Below, piece after piece: positions 26,606 through 33,208 of a DNA stretch of 64,000 nt. The stretch comes from an uncultured Christensenellaceae bacterium. GTDB taxonomy: Bacteria; Bacillota; Clostridia; Christensenellales; CAG-314. Made by a program: the position numbers and the translations under genes. The DNA is taken from the NCBI GenBank assembly GCA_910586905.1, contig CAJUIV010000001.1, positions 271,400 to 335,399 on the forward strand. The letters run 5' to 3'. Position 1 is the stretch's first letter. Every line of letters starts with the position of its first letter. Under the pieces are notes generated by a model. It saw only the letters and a program-made list of their open reading frames with translations. It made no database searches and was not told the origin of the DNA.

Positions 26606-28138
26606 ATGGGAAAAGCGCTGTTTCTTAAATTGAAAGAATCGCTGATATCGGTATTACCCGTTGCGGTAATAGTGCTTATCGTTTCGTTTACTCCTTTGGC
26701 GGATTTTTCTTTGACGGAGACGTTGACTTTTTCCGTTTCCGCCGTGTTTTTGATTTTAGGTATAGGTTTGTTTAACTTGGGCGCCGATATAGCGATGTCC
26801 CCTATGGGCGGACAAATCGGCGTCGGTCTTACAAAATCCAAAAAGCTAGGAGTGCTTGTGTCCGTCTGTTTCGTTATGGGCGTGCTTATAACTATTGCGG
26901 AACCCGATTTATCGGTGCTTGCAGGACAAGTAAGCGCGGTTATAGACAGTACGGTTCTTATCGTAACGGTAGGCGCGGGCGTGGGTTTGTTTTTGTTGCT
27001 CGCGGTCTTAAAAATCGTATTCCATAAAGATTTGTCGGCGATGCTGATGTTTTTTTATATGATGCTGTTTGCTCTGTGCGCGATACTTATAGATAACGGA
27101 AAAGTAAATTTTCTGCCGTTGTCGTTCGATTCGGGCGGCGTAACCACAGGACCGATAACCGTACCGTTTATTATGGCATTGGGCGTCGGTATAGCTTCTA
27201 CGATAGGCGGACGCAATTCGACGGAAAACAGTTTCGGACTTATCGCCATGTGTTCTATCGGTCCGATACTTGCCGTTATGGTTTTAGCTTTGACCGCGCA
27301 AGGCAATATCGACTATAAGCTTGCCGACTACTCCGTTTCCAGCGCGCTCGACGGGATTTGGAATACGCTGCTCGAGCATTCTCTCGACGTTTTAAAAGCT
27401 TTGGCGCTTATAGTGGCGTTTTTCTTGATATTGCAGTTTACCGTTTTAAGACTGCCGCGTAAAAAGCTTTTGCAAATTGCTATTGGTCTTGCGTACACTT
27501 TCGTTGGGCTGGTTATATTTTTAGTAGCCGTAACGGTAGGATTTATGCCCATAGGATTTAAATTGGGACAGCAAATAGCGGCGTTTAACAAACCGGTTTT
27601 GGTTGTTCTGGGATTTGTGTTGGGATTGGTAGTCGTTCTTGCCGAGCCTGCCGTACACGTACTTAACAAGCAGGTTTACGAGGCAACAGGCGGCGGCGTA
27701 AAAAAATTGGAAATGTTTTTGGCGTTATCTATCGCCGTAGGTATCTCGATAGGTTTATCCATAATCCGTATGATATACAAATTTTCAATTTTGTACTATC
27801 TTATTCCCGGATATTTGATTTCGCTGTGCTTGTCGTTTTTCGTTCCCAAGCTTTATACGGCAATCGCTTTCGACTCGGGCGGAGTGGCTTCCGGTCCGTT
27901 GACGTCAAGTTTTATTTTGCCGTTCGCGATAGGCGCTTGCGTTGCAATGAACGGAGGCTCCGCCGACAGCATAATATTGACGGACGCGTTCGGTATAGTG
28001 GCTATGGTAGCGATGACGCCTCTTATAACGATACAAATATTGGGCTTTAAAGCGGTAACTTCGGCAAAAGTTCGCCACAAGATAACGATGAAGCGCATTT
28101 TGTCTGCCGACGACGAGCAGATAATCTATTTCAAGTAG
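26606..28138 (+). CDS. DUF1538-family polytopic membrane protein
   Basis: 510 aa in two homologous halves, each containing SFDSGGVTTGP / AFDSGGVASGP motifs. It is followed by two P-II-like genes, as is usual for this family. Confidence 0.75.
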   Translation: MGKALFLKLKESLISVLPVAVIVLIVSFTPLADFSLTETLTFSVSAVFLILGIGLFNLGADIAMSPMGGQIGVGLTKSKKLGVLVSVCFVMGVLITIAEPDLSVLAGQVSAVIDSTVLIVTVGAGVGLFLLLAVLKIVFHKDLSAMLMFFYMMLFALCAILIDNGKVNFLPLSFDSGGVTTGPITVPFIMALGVGIASTIGGRNSTENSFGLIAMCSIGPILAVMVLALTAQGNIDYKLADYSVSSALDGIWNTLLEHSLDVLKALALIVAFFLILQFTVLRLPRKKLLQIAIGLAYTFVGLVIFLVAVTVGFMPIGFKLGQQIAAFNKPVLVVLGFVLGLVVVLAEPAVHVLNKQVYEATGGGVKKLEMFLALSIAVGISIGLSIIRMIYKFSILYYLIPGYLISLCLSFFVPKLYTAIAFDSGGVASGPLTSSFILPFAIGACVAMNGGSADSIILTDAFGIVAMVAMTPLITIQILGFKAVTSAKVRHKITMKRILSADDEQIIYFK

Positions 28139-28145
28139 GTGTTTT

Positions 28146-28580
28146 ATGGCGCAAAAAAAGATTTCTCAAAAAACAGACGAAGCTAAAAACAAAATCAAAA
28201 GCGCGTCGAAAAATAAAAACGTAGTGCAAAATAACAGACTTAAGTTGCTGGTTACCATTGTGGGACGTAACAAAGCCGAGTATTATTTGGATTTGATTCA
28301 ATCGTTCGACGTTAACGTTCAATGCGTAGTTGTTGCCCACGGTACTGCAAACGAAAGCACGTTGGAATTGCTCGGTTTAAGCGATTCGGAAAAGGTTGTA
28401 ATTTTAAGCGTCATACAAGAAAACAAAATCCCCGACGCTTTGTGCGCTTTGGATGAAAAATTCAAAAGTATAAAAGGCGGTAAGGGCGTGGCGTGTACGA
28501 TTCCGTTAACAAGCGTTATTGGTGCGCTGATATACGGTTTTTTAAGCGACAACCGCGAAACCGTAAAGGAGAGTAATTGA
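28146..28580 (+). CDS. P-II (GlnB-like) family protein with a Lys-rich N-terminal extension
   Basis: 144 aa. KLLVTIVGRNKAEYYLDLIQ...VVILSVIQENKIPDAL fits the P-II beta-alpha-beta layout. Confidence 0.65.
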   Translation: MAQKKISQKTDEAKNKIKSASKNKNVVQNNRLKLLVTIVGRNKAEYYLDLIQSFDVNVQCVVVAHGTANESTLELLGLSDSEKVVILSVIQENKIPDALCALDEKFKSIKGGKGVACTIPLTSVIGALIYGFLSDNRETVKESN

Positions 28581-29002
28581 TGAGCAAACAATACGAAATG
28601 GTCTTGTGCATAGTTAACGCAGGGTATTCCGAAGTGGTCATGGACGCTGCTAAGGAAGTGGGCGCGCGCGGAGGAACAGTCATTCACGCAAGAGGCACCG
28701 CAAACAAAGAGGCGGAACAGTTTTTTCATATAACGATTCAGCCCGATAAGGAAATAGTAATGATTTTGGTTCCCGCTGAAATTAAAGACGCGGTGTTGCA
28801 CGCCGTTTATCAATCGGCGGGATTGAAAACCGAGGGACAAGGAATAGCGTTTTCTCTTGCGGTAGACGAAACGGTCGGAATCACTCCCGTAGAAGAAGTT
28901 ACGGACAAATCCGCAAAAAACGAAAAGAACGTTGAAAAAAAAGAAGCGTCGAGCTCCGAACAAAACGAAAAATCAACAGCGGAAAACGTCGTAGACAAAT
29001 AA
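28577..29002 (+). CDS. P-II (GlnB-like) family protein with an acidic/Lys-rich C-terminal tail
   Basis: 141 aa with a 4-nt overlap. YEMVLCIVNAGYSEVVMDAAKEVGARGGTVIHARGT...EIVMILVPAEIKDAVLHAV. Confidence 0.7.
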   Translation: MMSKQYEMVLCIVNAGYSEVVMDAAKEVGARGGTVIHARGTANKEAEQFFHITIQPDKEIVMILVPAEIKDAVLHAVYQSAGLKTEGQGIAFSLAVDETVGITPVEEVTDKSAKNEKNVEKKEASSSEQNEKSTAENVVDK

Positions 29003-29039
29003 CGATGAAAACGGCGAGACTACAGACGCCGTGTAAAAA

Positions 29040-29064
29040 CGCAAGTCGTTAAGACTTGCGTTTT
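29040..29064 (+). terminator. intrinsic terminator
   Basis: CGCAAGTC-GTTAA-GACTTGCG followed by TTTT. Confidence 0.65.
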
Positions 29065-29083
29065 GTATATTTAAAAATTTTTT

Positions 29084-29115
29084 GCAACAAAATTCAATTA
29101 TCGGTTGTTTAATAT
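29084..29115 (+). promoter_or_regulatory. conserved bipartite motif, copy 1 (candidate ECF-sigma-dependent promoter)
   Basis: GCAACAAAAT-N11-TTGTTTAATAT lies immediately upstream of the sigma gene. Identical blocks with identical spacing recur at 31037..31068. Confidence 0.5.
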
Positions 29116-29128
29116 CCGAGAGGTTACG

Positions 29129-29638
29129 ATGGACGAGAGGCAGATAGATAAACTTCTCACGCGAATTTCTACGGGAGATAACGAGGCTTTCGAAGAGCTA
29201 TACGAAAAAACCAAACGGGGCGTGTTTTCGTTTGTGTATTCGTACCTCGACAATTACGCATCTACCGAAGACGTTATGCAAACGGTTTATCTTAAAATAA
29301 AATTGAATATAGATAAGTACAAGCAAGGAACAAACGGCAGAGCATGGATGCTGCAAATAGCCAAAAATCTTGCTTTAAACGAGCTTAAACGCCGTAAAAA
29401 TGCCGAGTATAACGACGGTCTTATTTCGTCCGAACCGACTGTCGCTTTATCTGGCGAAGTTACCGATACTATGCGTCGAACGTTAACCGTCGAAGAGCGG
29501 CAAATCGTGATTTTGCACGTACTATGGGGGTATAAGCACCGAGAAATAGCCAAAGAGTTAGGCGTGCCTACCGGTACGGTAACTTCTAAATATAAAAGAA
29601 GCGTAAGTAAAATGCAAGCCGCATTAAAGGAGGTGTGA
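29129..29638 (+). CDS. ECF-type sigma-70 family RNA polymerase sigma factor
   Basis: GAGAGG SD before ATG 29129. Region 2 is FEELYEKTKRGVFSFVYSYL...DVMQTVYLKI. Region 4 is LTVEERQIVILHVLWGYKHREIAKELGVPTGTVTSKYKRS. Confidence 0.85.
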   Translation: MDERQIDKLLTRISTGDNEAFEELYEKTKRGVFSFVYSYLDNYASTEDVMQTVYLKIKLNIDKYKQGTNGRAWMLQIAKNLALNELKRRKNAEYNDGLISSEPTVALSGEVTDTMRRTLTVEERQIVILHVLWGYKHREIAKELGVPTGTVTSKYKRSVSKMQAALKEV

Positions 29639-29640
29639 GC

Positions 29641-31020
29641 GTGAAAAACTGGAAGAAAGCGTGGCTGAAAGAACTTGATAATATAACTCCCGAGTTGAGC
29701 GACGAAGTAAAAAGCGCTCCTATCTCTATGGGGGAGGACACGATTTCCTTTGACGGAGAAACGGCGGTTAAGTCGCGTAAGATACAAAAACCCCTTGTAT
29801 TGGTACTCGTTGCGGTCTTTTTGTGTCTGGCAATTTTGGGAACTGTGTTTTTGATTCCCAAAAACCAACGTGTCTGTTTGTTTTCGGTGGAAATCAATCC
29901 TTCAGTCAGTTTTTCCACCGACGGTAACGGAGTAGTAACCGGCGTTAGGGCATCTAATCGAGACGCGGACGTACTTTTGTCATCTAAAGAAATTACGGAA
30001 AACTTGGTCGGCAAAAACATCGGCGATGCCGTGAAACTTTACGTCGACTATGCCGCTCAGGCGGGCTATATAGATTTGAACGAAATCGGTTCCGCCGTCA
30101 GAGTAAGCGGTTGTCTTGATAAAAAAGCGGAGAAATTGCTTTTAGACGTAAGCGATTCGCTAAAAAAATATTTTACGTCTAAGGGCGCGTATTCCGTAGT
30201 AGTTACGGATAAAGTCGACGTTAAGGAATTTTGCTCTCGCAGCGGCATATCTCAGGCTTCTTCCGTAGAGGAAGTATCACGTAACATAATTTCGTCCGAA
30301 ACTCTCGTTCTTGTCAGAGAAGCGTCCGGAATGAGTAAGGAACAACTGCAAAATCAATACAAATCTTTGATAGGCGATTTCGGTGAATATATAAAAAACA
30401 ATCTGAAAGCAAATATTGAAATCGTAAAGCAAAGCGCCGAAGATATAAAAAAAATATACGATTTAAACGAAGAGATAGAACTGCACGAAAACAATCCGTC
30501 GTATATTTCGCTGAAAGATTATTGGAGCGTTAAACTGCTTCCCTTCATAAGCGAGTACGAAGAGAGTTTTGGAAATTTAATGGCTAGAATGGAAACGTCG
30601 CTTGCGGATTATCACGATAAGTACGGCGTGGAAATATCTAACGTGTTAGTTTTGAAATCCGCCAAATTAAATTTCGATAAATTGCCTGTGCCGTTGGATG
30701 AACTTTCAATTTGGGTAGACGGTCTTTCCGAATCTATGGCGGAAGCTCTTAGCGAAATACTTTCGGACGTTATGGAAATTGCCGGCGTACTGGACGAACG
30801 ATTTGCCGAATTGCTTGAATTGCCGACGACCGTTGCGGAATACGTTGAAAAAACCGCCGCGGTTTTACAAGACAAGCTGGAAAAACGAATATCGGCGAAT
30901 TCGGAATCTTATCATAAACTGCGCGACGAAATTTCTTTTAGCGATTACGATAACTACGTTTCCGAATTGATTGCGGAATACGGTTCGCTTGACGACTATT
31001 GGTTTGCAACGAAAAAATAA
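29641..31020 (+). CDS. single-pass anti-sigma factor with an RsgI-like extracytoplasmic module
   Basis: GTG start at 29641, 7 nt after AAGGAGG; the alternative GTG at 29635 overlaps the sigma stop. One TM (LVLVLVAVFLCLAILGTVFLI) is followed by FSVEINPSVSFSTDGNGVVTGVRASNRDADVLL. Confidence 0.75.
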   Translation: MKNWKKAWLKELDNITPELSDEVKSAPISMGEDTISFDGETAVKSRKIQKPLVLVLVAVFLCLAILGTVFLIPKNQRVCLFSVEINPSVSFSTDGNGVVTGVRASNRDADVLLSSKEITENLVGKNIGDAVKLYVDYAAQAGYIDLNEIGSAVRVSGCLDKKAEKLLLDVSDSLKKYFTSKGAYSVVVTDKVDVKEFCSRSGISQASSVEEVSRNIISSETLVLVREASGMSKEQLQNQYKSLIGDFGEYIKNNLKANIEIVKQSAEDIKKIYDLNEEIELHENNPSYISLKDYWSVKLLPFISEYEESFGNLMARMETSLADYHDKYGVEISNVLVLKSAKLNFDKLPVPLDELSIWVDGLSESMAEALSEILSDVMEIAGVLDERFAELLELPTTVAEYVEKTAAVLQDKLEKRISANSESYHKLRDEISFSDYDNYVSELIAEYGSLDDYWFATKK

Positions 31021-31036
31021 AAATTTTTAAAACTGT

Positions 31037-31068
31037 GCAACAAAATCGAAAATCGAATTGTTTAATAT
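31037..31068 (+). promoter_or_regulatory. conserved bipartite motif, copy 2
   Basis: GCAACAAAAT-N11-TTGTTTAATAT lies 28 nt upstream of the ATG at 31096. Confidence 0.5.
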
Positions 31069-31095
31069 GCGTAAAAAGTTTATAGGAGAACGGTT

Positions 31096-32592
31096 ATGAA
31101 AAGATTATTATCTGTTATTTTAACGGCAGCGTGCGTGCTTACTATGTGCGTTTCGTTAACCGCCTGCGATTTGCTTGGCGGAAACAAAGGAGATGCCGCG
31201 GCGTTCGTATCTTTGGATATTAACCCGTCGCTGGAATTAACGTTAGACAAAAACAACAAGGTTATCAGCGTTTACGGAGCTAACGAAGACGGGCAAGTGC
31301 TATTGTACGGCGAGGACGGGATAATAGGCGCGGACATCGAAGTGGCTACTGCAAGAATCCTTGAACTTGCAAAAGAAATGGGCTACGTTGACGAAAGCAA
31401 CACCGTAGTTCAAACTACGGTATCTTCGGATAAAAAGGGAAAGGAAGATTCTATTTATAGTAAAATAAACGCGCAGGTTACCGTCTCTGCCGAAAAACTC
31501 AATCTCGCCTTAAAGTGCGATACGAACGCGGCTTATTCGCTTGCCCGCAAGCTCGAACGGTTAAAGGCTCAGTACCCCGACAGTCAAGCGATACAAAATC
31601 TTACTCCCGCAAAACTCAAATTAGTTATTTCCGCAACGGAAAACGGCGAAATTTCTATAGAAGCGGCGGCGGAAATGAATACTTCGGAGTTGGTAAATTA
31701 CGTTTCCGAAACGCATAAACAAATGGAAGAATTTGCCACGGAAGCTTACAAAAAGACAAAAGCGCTTGCGTCGGCTACCTATGACGAAGCCGTAGGTTTG
31801 GCTGTGGACGGCGTTTATACGGCATACTATATAGAGAGCGTTTTGCAGCTTAAACATCTTGATACCGCTTATTTGGGAGCGTTATATCAATCGTATAAAA
31901 TGTCCGGCCGCGCGCTCAACGCCATTGCCGACGGACTTGTTTACGTTGAAAAAATCAACGATTACGCCTTGAACGCTCAACAAATTCAAGCCGTACTAGA
32001 AGCTTTGGGCTCTGACGTAACGGCTGACGACTTAAAAAATTCCGACGGCGAAGTAACGATAAACAGCATTTACGCTTACGCGGATAAATCGTTTAAAAAC
32101 AGTCAGATTTCCTCCGATATCGAAGCCGTAAAAGAAAAACTTAATGCTGCATTGAATAACATAGACGCACAATTGCAGGAAGTTATCTCAGCCGCTGCCG
32201 AGAAATATCAGCCTCAAATCGAAGCCGTATCGGCAGGTATAAACAAAATTATCGAGGCTCTTCCCGACGCCGTTAAAAACGCAGCCAAAAACGCTTTCGA
32301 CGAATTGACGGCAGCTGCCGATTCTTTTGCGGAAATCGTCAAAGACGGCAAAATTACTGCGGATGAAGTCCGTTCTCTTGCAAAGAGTATGGACGATAAA
32401 GCAAGCGGCGTTCTGTCAAAAATCGAAAACGATTTGAGCGCGGAAGAACTAGAAAAAATTGCCGATAACAAGCAAACGCTTTTGGATAAAGCGTCGTCTG
32501 CAAAAGCGGCGATGGAACAAGAAATCGCCAAGGCCGAACAACTTGCCAAAGCAAAGCTTGCGGATTTAAAAGCCTCTCGCACAAGTAAATAA
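31096..32592 (+). CDS. lipoprotein with an RsgI-like INPS module and a long alpha-helical (coiled-coil-like) region
   Basis: 498 aa with an AGGAGA SD and lipobox LTAC. FVSLDINPSLELTLDKNNKVISVYGANEDGQVLL is paralogous to the module in the anti-sigma factor. The rest is Ala/Glu/Lys-rich. Confidence 0.8.
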   Translation: MKRLLSVILTAACVLTMCVSLTACDLLGGNKGDAAAFVSLDINPSLELTLDKNNKVISVYGANEDGQVLLYGEDGIIGADIEVATARILELAKEMGYVDESNTVVQTTVSSDKKGKEDSIYSKINAQVTVSAEKLNLALKCDTNAAYSLARKLERLKAQYPDSQAIQNLTPAKLKLVISATENGEISIEAAAEMNTSELVNYVSETHKQMEEFATEAYKKTKALASATYDEAVGLAVDGVYTAYYIESVLQLKHLDTAYLGALYQSYKMSGRALNAIADGLVYVEKINDYALNAQQIQAVLEALGSDVTADDLKNSDGEVTINSIYAYADKSFKNSQISSDIEAVKEKLNAALNNIDAQLQEVISAAAEKYQPQIEAVSAGINKIIEALPDAVKNAAKNAFDELTAAADSFAEIVKDGKITADEVRSLAKSMDDKASGVLSKIENDLSAEELEKIADNKQTLLDKASSAKAAMEQEIAKAEQLAKAKLADLKASRTSK

Positions 32593-32615
32593 CGTTTACT
32601 TGTGAATCGCTCAAA

Positions 32616-32645
32616 GCGCGTCGTCTTTTTTGACGGCGCGTTTTT
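32616..32645 (+). terminator. intrinsic terminator
   Basis: GCGCGTCGTC-TTTTTT-GACGGCGCG followed by TTTTT. Confidence 0.6.
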
Positions 32646-32984
32646 GCGATATTTGTTACTTTTCCTAATATTAGTTAAAGTTCGAATTGATATGCGACTT
32701 TTTTAAAATCGGATTTCTATAATGAAATGACAACTTTTATAAAAACTTTAAAAAATTCAGGCAGTAATATTCGCAGTAAAACGGCCGATAAAAACTATTT
32801 GAGATAAATAAGAATATTCAGATATAAAGGCAATAACCGAAAATGTTGCAAATAAATCGTTGACTTTTATATTGCGGTGCTGTATAATATGTTAGCAATA
32901 AAAAGTTGCGTATTTGTTGATTATATTTAAGCTTCGAATATGGATAACACCTATCTTTTATTAGCATCGATATATAAATAATAT

Positions 32985-33061
32985 GCGCTGTTAGCTCAAT
33001 TGGATAGAGCGTTGGTCTACGGAACCAAAGGTTAGGGATTCGAGCTCCTTACGGCGCGCCA
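32985..33061 (+). tRNA. tRNA-Arg (anticodon ACG)
   Basis: GCGCTGTTAGCTCAATTGGATAGAGC-GTTGGTCTACGGAACCAA-...AGGGATTCGAGCTCCTTACGGCGCGCCA. Anticodon loop CTACGGA, with an encoded CCA. Confidence 0.9.
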
Positions 33062-33084
33062 GAGAAAGGACAGCTATCCAAAGA

Positions 33085-33115
33085 AAAGACAGACGAACAC
33101 GAGTCTGTCTTTTTT
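33085..33115 (+). terminator. intrinsic terminator after tRNA-Arg
   Basis: AAAGACAGAC ... GTCTGTCTTT followed by TTT. Confidence 0.6.
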
Positions 33116-33208
33116 CGTTATTTAGATAAGCAGCGTTTTATTCGGTGGTTGCTGTATATTCGTATTTATCGTACAGTTAGTTGGATATTTATAGCGGAGG
33201 TAAAATAA

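Noticed and set aside
28319-28963. 214-aa minus-strand ORF spanning both P-II-like genes. There are similar antisense ORFs at 29287..29868 and 29586..30020 over the sigma/anti-sigma genes.
   Set aside because: The sense-strand genes have recognisable family motifs, SDs and coupled starts. The antisense products are low-complexity.
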